51,883 nt of DNA from a virus (taxonomy: Duplodnaviria; Caudoviricetes), in IMG/VR virus record IMGVR_UViG_3300017911_000834, positions 1-51,883 of that record; one strand, written 5' to 3'. A model generated the notes under the pieces. The model did no database searches, was not told the origin of the DNA, and saw only the letters and a program-made list of their open reading frames with translations. A program made the translations under genes and the position numbers. Shown piece after piece: positions 36,801-45,029 of the stretch (its first letter is position 1; the number at the start of each line of letters is the position of its first letter).

Positions 36801-39800
36801 CACAGTGGTTGCAGAATTATGGTTACAACGGATTGAATGCTGGCGGCCACGGCAATGTCGAAGGCCTCCGTGGTATCGGTGCGGTTTTGATGGGGCATAC
36901 CACCCGTAGAGAGGCACAGGGGACGATTCAACTCTACAATCAAAATGATACAGAGCGATACTCACGTGGAGAGGGCATTGGGGATTCTCTCAACCCAAAT
37001 TCCCGTATTGCAGTAGTGAAAGGCATTGATGAAGACTCGGACAACGAGGACATGAACACACAATTCTTCGTGTTCCAACCTTATGTGGGCATAGATGTCA
37101 GTCGAAGGTTGCCTGTTCGTGCATGGGGCATCAGAACCGCCTCAAGTAGCCCTGATATGCTCGCTGGTGATCCTACCGAAACTCAAAACTCCTATGCTAT
37201 GCTGAATAGTGGTCGTTTTGATGGCGGTAAGCACGATTCAATGGAAGATATTCCTTCAAATGAAGCGACCATCTTTGATACCCAACTCTTCACTTCTTAT
37301 CCAGAAGTGTTACGCTCTGTTCCTGTCGGTTTCGTGGCTAACGACTTCACTGCTGAGGCGCATCCGTTTGAGAGAAACGTGCGAGATAGCAATCTGCCGG
37401 TGAAGGCTCAAGATGAGCAGTTCGGGATCGGTGCAAACTTGGGAATCACCCAAAATGGGATGCTCGCCCCTGATGCGATGGCGGCAGGAATGTGGGATTA
37501 TGAGTTGGATGATACAAGGCCAACTACCCTGCCAGTTAGCCAACCCGTTCTTTGGCTGAAAGCCGATTCTTTGGATTTGAAAGACGGTGATTCGGTTTCG
37601 TCATGGGTTGATTCGTCGGCAAACAAATGGGAGTTCACTCAAAATTCGGGTTCTGCTCGACCAACATTCATCAAGAAAGATTCGAAATTAAACAATCATC
37701 CTGTGATTGACTGTGATGGAAACGACTTCTTACAACTTGATTTCCAAGAGAAATTGAACCCTGTTGAAATGACATTGTTCACAGTCGCTTATGTTGATTC
37801 GGACGATGGGGGCATTCATGGGATTGTGGAATCACGTTCCGGTTTCCCTGTTCCTCGAAGTGGCTTCAATCTTTATGGGCGCATGGATAGCGGAAACGAA
37901 TACCAGTTTTGGGCAGGAGGGAACACCACTTGGAACACCATTTCAACTCCAACTAATTCATTGGTAGGTGGAGTTCCAGACATAATCACCGGCAAGATTT
38001 ACGGAGGCGATGGGAACGGTAGCACCGCAACATTTGAGATTTACCAAAATGGGTATTTGGAAGAGTCCGACACCGGCAATTATTGGCGTTCAACCGGCTC
38101 AACCTACATGGTGGGCCGTGTCCCAAGTTCGTTTTACCTCAACGGAAAAATTGCTGAGGTCATCCAATATGACCGCAAATTGACCACTGCCGAACAATAC
38201 GAGGTGGAAGCATACCTCTCAAGGAAATACAACATCGCCATTTCGACTTCAGCATCAAACGCACATACAGGACATCTGAGGCCAGTTGACAATATCCCCG
38301 TCAACAAGGGGACTGACCCCTTCACTGACTTGGTTCAAAGAAGCGGAAGCACTTCTTATGAGCAAGAGAAGTCAGCAGGTGCGATGATTACGACCACGAA
38401 TGGAAACAAATTTGGCGCAAGCCAGCACTTCTATCATCTCCGTGGCAATGCACTACACGCTAATGGACATGCGATTATTGAGGCTACACAGAATGTAGCC
38501 TATCCACCAAATGGACATTCCACGGTAGCAACATCAAACCCATCTGGTATTGATGAGGTTCGCCCTGATGTCATCAGTGAAATTTCAGATGTAAGACAAA
38601 TTCAATCACGAACCGAGCCACGTCTTGGCCTCATCATGGAGGTAGAGAGCGAAAGAAACACCAATCAGGATGTGAACTACGCAGTTGTTGGAACAAAGGC
38701 AACATCCTTGCACACCGATCTTGGCTTGGGTAAGCATTTCCCTGTGTTACCCTCCCACACAACGAAGACACATATGCCGAATCATGAATTCACAACAGAT
38801 GGAACAGGAGAAGCCTCAACACTACCTGATTATACCACAAAGCCAACTTGGAGTCCCGATTCAAACAGTTCTAAGGGCGCAGTGACCTCCTTTTTGTCAG
38901 ACGATTCTGTGAGGACGGATTACAAAACTCACGCCTTAGACCATTGGGCGGTTCGTGGAGTTGCAGATTTGCCAGCGTGGGGTGGCGTCTATATCCTCCG
39001 CAAGACATACCTCAATCGTGACGAGTCAGAAGACTCTCCATTGAACACGGAACTCGATGAGAACACGGACAAGGCTACTACTTCCCATCCAAGGCGAAAA
39101 TACATTGATTACATCGTCCGTCCAGTTCGACCACTGAAATTGTTTGGATTCGCTTCCGATCTGCTACAAGATGGATGGGTTTTGGGTGCTAAATGTTCTA
39201 TCACCACTGATTCTCTTGCACATCAACCATTTGACCGAGATAAGAGGTATGGTGTCTTTGAGATGAATTATGGGCGTGGTGAAAACGAGGTTGAGCCAAT
39301 CACCTCTGCTGGTTCTGCTTTCACAATAGACTACCCTGACGCCAACGAATATGATGTCACTTGGCATTTGATTCCTACTGCAAATATGCTACAATTCGCA
39401 AAGGCGGATGCTCACCGTATTGACAATCAAGGAAACTACAATCCGAAGATTGAGGCCAGATATTCTCAATCACCGTTCACTGGCGGTTCAGAACCTATCT
39501 ACCAATCAGAAACACGCTATGCTGAAACCACCGGAGTTATGGGTGATCACGCACGACACACCAAACAACACAAAGTCACACAATCTGATGAGGCTATGAG
39601 GTATTTCCCCCGTGTAACCGTCTTGGCAAGCAAAGGAAGTGGCGTTTTCTTGGTTGATGATGCCAGCGTGTTGCCACCGTCTGGCAAACTCTTCGCCCTC
39701 GACCACACCGGCTCAATCACCTACTCGTCAATCACCGATAACGATGTGACTACATCAGGAACAATCACCGATCTTGCAGGTGCGACTGTATCTGACTTTA

Positions 39801-41329
39801 CGGGTCTGAAATTGTATTTCACCGATGTCGCAAGTTCAACTGGCGTCCTTGCTGATGCACGTAGCCCGTTGGTGAAACAGGCCATCGCACCAACGTTTGT
39901 GGATAATGCCGTAGTTGCCATGCAATTGACATCTCAAACATGGTATCACTATGAATCATCATCAGACACCGTTACCACCACCAGTCTGAATTATCGTGGC
40001 TTGTTGCATTACGAGCCGTCAGACTTCATCATGGCTACTCAGAGGCCATTCTCCATCAAGAACGGTAACAGTCGTGGAATCATTCAGAATACTAATGGAA
40101 TTGATGACATCATTGCAGATGGCCGAATCATCTCTGAAGATTTCGCACCACCTTACCTGATTGATTCAAACAACATCAAGTGGAGAGTTTCCGAGGTCGT
40201 CCGTGAACAGAAGAATACCGTGATGGTCTTCAAGGATATGTCCGGTAAGAGTCTTTCAGATTCAGGGATGTCTGTGGGTAACGTCCTTGCAGGTCAATCC
40301 GGCTATATCGGTGTTCGAACATCAGATGCGGCGTTGCACCTGCTGAACGATGCTGGTGGCAGTATCGCAGGAATCAGCGTCACGCCTTCTAACGCATTCC
40401 ATGACAATTCTAAGGACATCGAGGCATATCTTGGCGCACACCCCATGCTTCGTCAAATCAATGACCACAGTAAGCAGTATATCTCCCGTGATACGAGAGG
40501 CCTCAACACGATGGAGATTGTCAGGAACATCTCACAGTTGGATGGTCGTCAAATTGTCAATGAACGCAATGGAACAATCGTCTTCTCTGACAAGGTATTC
40601 AATGAGAGGGGATTGCGAATCGGAATCGAGAACGGTGTCGAGGCCGTTCATGTGAGCAAATTGTTTGATTCACCAAATGAAATCGTCATTGTTGGTGACG
40701 TGATTGCTGGAAACGAAATCGTGTTTATCCGTGTCCGTGACAGTGAGAAGATTCGACAGGCCTCTGCTGGCGGTTCAGAGGAAGTTGTGAAGACTCTACG
40801 TCAACAAATCCCAGGCATCAAGAGCGTGTCTGCCGCACGTAAATTGGCGAAGACCCTCCTTGCGAGGGCTGAGAACGGCGCACCAATGGTAACAATGCAG
40901 GGGCTAATCAACGCCACTTCAATTCAGGCTGGCGACGTCATTGATGTCAATTTGCCAACTCAAGGTGTTGTCGGCAAGTTCGTTGTGTTTGAAGCAAGGC
41001 ATCACTATCAATCGCTCAAGACCGATCTTACCGTTGCCCAATATGAAAAGGGAATCGAGGGCATTTTAGCCGACATCAAGACCAGCACCGTTGACTCAAG
41101 CGGTTTGAGTTCGAGTTCTGGCGATAAAGACGTGAAAGACAACCTGTCAATGTCTGCCTCGGTGAACGTCATCACAGTCCACCGCATCCGTGTTCGTAAC
41201 GTCAACGAAACAGGATTCATCATCGGTGCAAAACACAAAAACGGTCTTGGGAAGATTGGTGTCAGAGATGGAAATAAAAGAGCCTACCCCATCGGCATGA
41301 GCAAGAGCCGTAACTACGTGGTGAAATGA
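33806..41329 (+). CDS. Giant tail/baseplate hub-like protein with internal LamG domain
   Basis: 2507 aa; LamG module at about 37540-38240 (PVLWLKADS...LNGKIAEVIQYDRKL); C-terminal hub-like pattern (AARKLAK.LL...GDVIDV). Confidence 0.8.
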   Translation: MADVYSRYIDPAETGSWGRTSTGEFASGIFAMHITYPDTEYDDDVEDWEAGVNSQDWRQGVTILIRTPLASSSETISEALNVIAIDLKQAKADHNNSDYTYDLGTEEAARFIAAKINSRKIKMKGENDLTKYLRARYIRQSLPQKYEIKEVRYKDSTTVTVEIGSRNPHGFPSEMTNNFSLKAESSTTSPYIAAGTYSNPTLRYTHAPTANNDYAEFEATFSSAPTYTGSPTAGSILTNDFTLIGESPKHTIAITWENYSPSTNAGYWGAANCGPVIQGMGSIGIHRLVAKPMDGGNMGLPALNYDSRSGITANAHSSNHGYNRFTIEGLNSCVMPSMPPPDRKTKLPVVQGITTLHPDTEDDLTNNNRLRIEELEYGTEVFTDSITGQVALESGNYGQDFTAARNNHYVPTGSNGIHLSHVDNDSTNIKHGLNDSSENAYARPFRITHDQNEERVTGLQITNEERVFESMTVVDDLGNELVLEGGSPFGTIIRDFTLNNTREDPETGEMVTGPSAPSDTIKPNLQIQLPNQEDIPGAIFVRSGHDRVQAWSNQTWGMGGLSAPDPRRAGVAEGETTPSASQYETHDRSLIFHCERILHDGLEGFFGLDLSVKPGAVPSGTTRLFSAHRMSDHVERGSLLTQTNNGVTTGNPIPHHRIRFGRQGHSFVMPLCHRGTPMSMRRQLHRSHGSAYSLMFEAETEYKHFGFGNSNSTNSSSVFELDTMDVKEDSAVYSTGSFSSDGLPLDEIKGLRLYDIDGADTAQVHRSLPDYLFAPGQKHTNVEGTAEDVAFALAEINGSVSTGGATKLTLQGNTLTANNRFTTASEFMINGFFLNNYLGMGGRPEPIRRVASDSDGNWFVRGYHEGVIRPRVATELATTPPLLAHDPELLNMAGAPKATHTTVPATSYTKYEDYYDLALTKASNTASGGTPDAFLCTWLAEYSHPAFFGTMREHFMSFRYRASGMPRSKEYPSTRGLLLRNAGESKTDGASAFERIYVAQWLQNYGYNGLNAGGHGNVEGLRGIGAVLMGHTTRREAQGTIQLYNQNDTERYSRGEGIGDSLNPNSRIAVVKGIDEDSDNEDMNTQFFVFQPYVGIDVSRRLPVRAWGIRTASSSPDMLAGDPTETQNSYAMLNSGRFDGGKHDSMEDIPSNEATIFDTQLFTSYPEVLRSVPVGFVANDFTAEAHPFERNVRDSNLPVKAQDEQFGIGANLGITQNGMLAPDAMAAGMWDYELDDTRPTTLPVSQPVLWLKADSLDLKDGDSVSSWVDSSANKWEFTQNSGSARPTFIKKDSKLNNHPVIDCDGNDFLQLDFQEKLNPVEMTLFTVAYVDSDDGGIHGIVESRSGFPVPRSGFNLYGRMDSGNEYQFWAGGNTTWNTISTPTNSLVGGVPDIITGKIYGGDGNGSTATFEIYQNGYLEESDTGNYWRSTGSTYMVGRVPSSFYLNGKIAEVIQYDRKLTTAEQYEVEAYLSRKYNIAISTSASNAHTGHLRPVDNIPVNKGTDPFTDLVQRSGSTSYEQEKSAGAMITTTNGNKFGASQHFYHLRGNALHANGHAIIEATQNVAYPPNGHSTVATSNPSGIDEVRPDVISEISDVRQIQSRTEPRLGLIMEVESERNTNQDVNYAVVGTKATSLHTDLGLGKHFPVLPSHTTKTHMPNHEFTTDGTGEASTLPDYTTKPTWSPDSNSSKGAVTSFLSDDSVRTDYKTHALDHWAVRGVADLPAWGGVYILRKTYLNRDESEDSPLNTELDENTDKATTSHPRRKYIDYIVRPVRPLKLFGFASDLLQDGWVLGAKCSITTDSLAHQPFDRDKRYGVFEMNYGRGENEVEPITSAGSAFTIDYPDANEYDVTWHLIPTANMLQFAKADAHRIDNQGNYNPKIEARYSQSPFTGGSEPIYQSETRYAETTGVMGDHARHTKQHKVTQSDEAMRYFPRVTVLASKGSGVFLVDDASVLPPSGKLFALDHTGSITYSSITDNDVTTSGTITDLAGATVSDFTGLKLYFTDVASSTGVLADARSPLVKQAIAPTFVDNAVVAMQLTSQTWYHYESSSDTVTTTSLNYRGLLHYEPSDFIMATQRPFSIKNGNSRGIIQNTNGIDDIIADGRIISEDFAPPYLIDSNNIKWRVSEVVREQKNTVMVFKDMSGKSLSDSGMSVGNVLAGQSGYIGVRTSDAALHLLNDAGGSIAGISVTPSNAFHDNSKDIEAYLGAHPMLRQINDHSKQYISRDTRGLNTMEIVRNISQLDGRQIVNERNGTIVFSDKVFNERGLRIGIENGVEAVHVSKLFDSPNEIVIVGDVIAGNEIVFIRVRDSEKIRQASAGGSEEVVKTLRQQIPGIKSVSAARKLAKTLLARAENGAPMVTMQGLINATSIQAGDVIDVNLPTQGVVGKFVVFEARHHYQSLKTDLTVAQYEKGIEGILADIKTSTVDSSGLSSSSGDKDVKDNLSMSASVNVITVHRIRVRNVNETGFIIGAKHKNGLGKIGVRDGNKRAYPIGMSKSRNYVVK

Positions 41330-41330
41330 T

Positions 41331-41672
41331 ATGCCTGTTCTCGACCCTCTGAAAGCCGCTTTGACAGACCATCTCCAAACGCTCATCAAGAAGTGTTCGC
41401 TTGGTTCTGGGGCTTCCGATGCCTCAAGCCGTGATGGAGGCGCAGGTAACACCAAAATGAGCCGTGATACGACCATCCAGCGTATTGATGATCGGACAAT
41501 CTCGGTGAGCGCATTGTTTGACACTCAATTATCCAGCGAACAGGACATCACGGAAGTTGTTCTTCATGGCTCAAACCCTCTTGATTCTCCAAGTTTTAGG
41601 GCTACATTTATGCCGATAGCAAAGAACGGAACGAATGAAGTCCGTGTGGATATTTTGATGGAGGTTCGATAA
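41331..41672 (+). CDS. Small putative baseplate/tail protein
   Basis: 113 aa; ITEVVLH...F.PIAK pattern resembles small tail-collar/baseplate proteins. Confidence 0.6.
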   Translation: MPVLDPLKAALTDHLQTLIKKCSLGSGASDASSRDGGAGNTKMSRDTTIQRIDDRTISVSALFDTQLSSEQDITEVVLHGSNPLDSPSFRATFMPIAKNGTNEVRVDILMEVR

Positions 41673-41673
41673 G

Positions 41674-41892
41674 ATGAATGAAACATTTGAGATTGCATGG
41701 GAACTGATGAAAAGCGACGAGAAGGGCGACAACGCCCCAACTAATCCTGGTCTTTGGTCGCAAGCCAAATCAAAGGCACGTTCTAAATTCAAGGTATATC
41801 CGTCTGCTTACGCCAACGGTTGGGCGGCTAAGTGGTATAAATCCAAAGGCGGCGGTTGGAAGAAGAAAGGTAAGAAGGGGAAGAAGAAATGA
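41674..41892 (+). CDS. Small very basic protein with FxxAW.LxK leader
   Basis: GGAGGT RBS; P.NP.LW..AK..A..KFKVYPSAYANGW...YK..GG.W resembles conserved marine-phage hypotheticals. Confidence 0.8.
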   Translation: MNETFEIAWELMKSDEKGDNAPTNPGLWSQAKSKARSKFKVYPSAYANGWAAKWYKSKGGGWKKKGKKGKKK

Positions 41893-42101
41893 TTGACCGT
41901 GAAGTTTTCAGCGAGGCTTGGGCTTTGATGAAAGCCAAAGAGGATGCCCCAAATTATCGAAAATGCACAAACAACAAATGTTGTGGCAACTGCAAAGCGT
42001 GGGATGAATCCGCAACGGATAATCCCATGACTGGTCATTGTAAGTGGTATGATTTCAATTGCCGAGCCGACCATACCTGTGATGCTTGGGCGGGGAAGTA
42101 A
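41889..42101 (+). CDS. Small HiPIP-like Cys-rich protein with FxxAW.LxK leader
   Basis: PNY...CGNC..W...GHC...CDAW spacing; ATGA coupling. Confidence 0.7.
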   Translation: MIDREVFSEAWALMKAKEDAPNYRKCTNNKCCGNCKAWDESATDNPMTGHCKWYDFNCRADHTCDAWAGK

Positions 42102-42102
42102 A

Positions 42103-42642
42103 ATGACGATTGACGTTCCCGTTTCCGATCTCATCTCAAAGGACTTGAGGCGATGGTTCAAGGAGAAGTGGGTGGACGTTTCACGTAAGGACAAAGACGG
42201 CAAGCACCCTCCCTGTGGGCGCAGTGAAGCCAAGACAGATAGCAAGGGCTACCCAAAGTGCCGTCCATCAAAAAAGGTCAGCAGTAAGACCCCTGAAACC
42301 ACACGTGGCATCAGTTCGAAGGAAAAGAAGGCAATGACTCGCAGGAAGCGGTCAAAACCACAGGGCGTTGGAGGAAAACCAACGATGGTGAAAGCCGAAT
42401 CAGATCCATTTGAATCGGCATGGGATTCAATCAGCAAAGGTCGGTTTCACGGCTACACTCGCTCAAACATCAGTGACAGGCCATACCGTCAAGCAGAGCA
42501 TCGTGCATGGGATGTTTCAAGGAGAGTCCAACGTGAGCGAGCAAAGAAGCGATATTCACGAAACAAAAGCCGAGGCACTGTAAGGCCAGCCATGCGACGT
42601 CAATTGGGCGCAGGTGGCAAAAGAGCAAGCACAAAGAGGTGA
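42103..42642 (+). CDS. Basic two-module protein with internal FxxAW..IxK motif
   Basis: LRRWFKEKWVD...PCGR...YPKCRP module followed by an Arg-rich module; likely start ATG42103 (track 42049). Confidence 0.75.
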   Translation: MTIDVPVSDLISKDLRRWFKEKWVDVSRKDKDGKHPPCGRSEAKTDSKGYPKCRPSKKVSSKTPETTRGISSKEKKAMTRRKRSKPQGVGGKPTMVKAESDPFESAWDSISKGRFHGYTRSNISDRPYRQAEHRAWDVSRRVQRERAKKRYSRNKSRGTVRPAMRRQLGAGGKRASTKR

Positions 42643-43877
42643 GGATTGATATGGTGTTTGGCAAAGCGTGGGATGTGATGATCAAAGGCGACATTTACCA
42701 TGAAGGCCAGTCCTATTCCGAGATGGACGATCTGTTGGAGGCTCTTTACCCGCAACTCAAAAATTACGGAAAAGGAAATACTCCACAAGAAATCAAGGAT
42801 TCCAAAAAATTGTCACCATTCCCATTCCCTTACAAAAGTGGCAATTATCAGAGTAAAGGGTGGACGGGAATGAAAAAACGAGGTCTTGGTGATTTCATCT
42901 CACAAAACCCCGGTTTTAGAACAAGTTCACAGATGATGCCATCAATGTTTCCTTGGGTTGGAGGCAAAACACAAATCCAGCCCTACATGAGAGGGCTTGC
43001 TGATTTCTTTCCCGAAGCCCGACCTGCTGAATTGTATGGCGGTAGTGCTTCAACAATCCTGGGTCTAAATCGAGGCACTGGCTTCTATGCAGACATCAAC
43101 CCAGATAACACAAACGCCTTTCAACATTTGAAAGACGGATTGGGCGTCGTTGAGATCCCAAGAACAAGAGAACGGATGAATGAAATGATTGACAGAATGA
43201 ACGAACTGCGTTATCGTAGGGACGTCAAAAATGAGTCACTGTCAAGCGATGAATTGGCTGAACTTGCAGAACTCTACATCGGGGCTAACCATCAGGCATT
43301 TGGGAATTTGAATTATCCAAGCAAGAAGCAACGTGCCAATTACCCTGAATGGTATTCTGGTTCAGGATATACCGAAGGGCCTATACTGAACAGTGGTTGG
43401 AGAAAAAGTTCGAGCAGAGTCATGCCTCATGAGGTCGGTGGAATTGACATGAGCGCATATCCCGACAGATTGCGAGATGTCGAGATTCACACAGGCGATT
43501 TGCGAGATACTTCAAAACTCCTTCAAGGAGATGAGTTCTTGTATCTCGATCCTCAATATGTTGACCGTCTTATTCAATACGGAGGTTCTGATGAACAATT
43601 ATCCGGTGAAGGTTATGACCAATTGCAGAGGGACACCGTAAAGATCGGTGCAGAACATGACGGCCCTGTTGTTTATTCCAATTACTTGATTGGTGCAAAA
43701 CACGGAGTCCCAAATTCAGATTTGGTTTCTGATTTGCTGGATAACGATTTCGATTTGCACACGTGGGTTCGAAAGCCAAAGCCAACTTCATTGCCGGTTG
43801 TTGAAATGCTCGGACTCCGCAACTTCCCTGAACACGTTCAAAGAGCAGGACTCAAAAAAACCCTGTATGATTTCTAA
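42639..43877 (+). CDS. Dam/D12-class DNA adenine methyltransferase-like protein with N-terminal extension
   Basis: FPWVGGK, ELYGGSA, YADIN and FLYLDPQY (DPPY variant); the start may be ATG42651. Confidence 0.8.
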   Translation: MRIDMVFGKAWDVMIKGDIYHEGQSYSEMDDLLEALYPQLKNYGKGNTPQEIKDSKKLSPFPFPYKSGNYQSKGWTGMKKRGLGDFISQNPGFRTSSQMMPSMFPWVGGKTQIQPYMRGLADFFPEARPAELYGGSASTILGLNRGTGFYADINPDNTNAFQHLKDGLGVVEIPRTRERMNEMIDRMNELRYRRDVKNESLSSDELAELAELYIGANHQAFGNLNYPSKKQRANYPEWYSGSGYTEGPILNSGWRKSSSRVMPHEVGGIDMSAYPDRLRDVEIHTGDLRDTSKLLQGDEFLYLDPQYVDRLIQYGGSDEQLSGEGYDQLQRDTVKIGAEHDGPVVYSNYLIGAKHGVPNSDLVSDLLDNDFDLHTWVRKPKPTSLPVVEMLGLRNFPEHVQRAGLKKTLYDF

Positions 43878-45019
43878 GCGTGTTGGGCATGGGTGTAAGT
43901 GATAACGGCTTGCGTTGCCGTTGCGAAACCTGGTGGTAGCGTAGCAGGATCATTCAATGTCAAATCATTTACATTGACGGTGTAATGAAGCGTTTCAATC
44001 AAAGTTCCTAAGAAATCATTTGCGACATCATAAACGTCCACGGTGATTAGATGAGTTGCACCGTCCTCTTCGCTTCGCAAGGGCTTGTATAAGAGGCCAC
44101 CAGGGGCGGGAGTTCCAAAGGTCAGGACTGTTGGGCCAGGATATGGTATCGAGGGGGTCTTTGCCGTCCGATGAACTGGCGTGATTTGATATGCACCGCC
44201 TCCACCTGTCGTAATGCCCAATCCTTGGTCGGATTGGAAAAACAAATGGGTTTGACCTGTCCCTTGTGGAAAGTCCGTAAAACCGCTTGGGTCACGTGCA
44301 TACAACACACCAAGATTTGTAATTGGCAGATCGGCGGCGTTGAACCCTGAAACGAAATCGTTTCTCAGATTGTCTTCATCCCCATTGCTATGTTCTACCG
44401 CAGACAGAGCCACAGGACCGGGACGGATGAATGAACGCTTATCTTCGATTGCGAGAATCACAGGATTGGACGAACCCTTTCCAACACGGACGGCGGCGAG
44501 GACGGTATTCTGCAAAACGAGGTGGTTAGAGGGGGATTGTGGATAAACTCCGGTAGAGGTGTCCACGTAAGAGCCATACACGAAGCCCACGTTGTTAGGG
44601 AGGCGTGGATCTACATAGACGAGAAGTATGGCTTCATCATCTGCATTCGTCCCATTTGGGATTGCGCTGGAATGGTAGGACGAGTAGTAATTGGTCGTGG
44701 CAGAGATGTCTAATACAGAAGCAGAACCAACGTTGTAGAACATCCCATCTAATTGAACGACACCTGCATCAACATACAATTCCTTGGTGCTACCAATCGT
44801 CCCATTGGGTCGGACACAACAGTTCCCGCTTACCGGATTGTTTCGATCCGATTCATCATAGCGGTTTAGCGTGACGGGGATCACACCGTTAGCGTTGCCA
44901 CGCTCGACCCAATTGGTCAAAGATGGGCTGGTGAGGACATCTGTATCACGTAGCCCATCGTTTTGATAGGTTGATGATGAGGTCTTCTCATGACCCTCTG
45001 ACAAGTTTGTATCAGGCAA
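43874..45019 (-). CDS. Putative virion structural (fibre-attachment-like) protein
   Basis: 381 aa, beta-rich; V.AG...DG, VLAAVRV...IEDKR pattern; AGGTGA RBS before TTG. Confidence 0.6.
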   Translation of the reverse strand: MPDTNLSEGHEKTSSSTYQNDGLRDTDVLTSPSLTNWVERGNANGVIPVTLNRYDESDRNNPVSGNCCVRPNGTIGSTKELYVDAGVVQLDGMFYNVGSASVLDISATTNYYSSYHSSAIPNGTNADDEAILLVYVDPRLPNNVGFVYGSYVDTSTGVYPQSPSNHLVLQNTVLAAVRVGKGSSNPVILAIEDKRSFIRPGPVALSAVEHSNGDEDNLRNDFVSGFNAADLPITNLGVLYARDPSGFTDFPQGTGQTHLFFQSDQGLGITTGGGGAYQITPVHRTAKTPSIPYPGPTVLTFGTPAPGGLLYKPLRSEEDGATHLITVDVYDVANDFLGTLIETLHYTVNVNDLTLNDPATLPPGFATATQAVITYTHAQHA

Positions 45020-45029
45020 TCAATCACCT

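Noticed and set aside
26171-41329. Diversity-generating retroelement acting on tail-tip genes
   Set aside because: No reverse transcriptase and no TR/VR repeat pair visible in the window.
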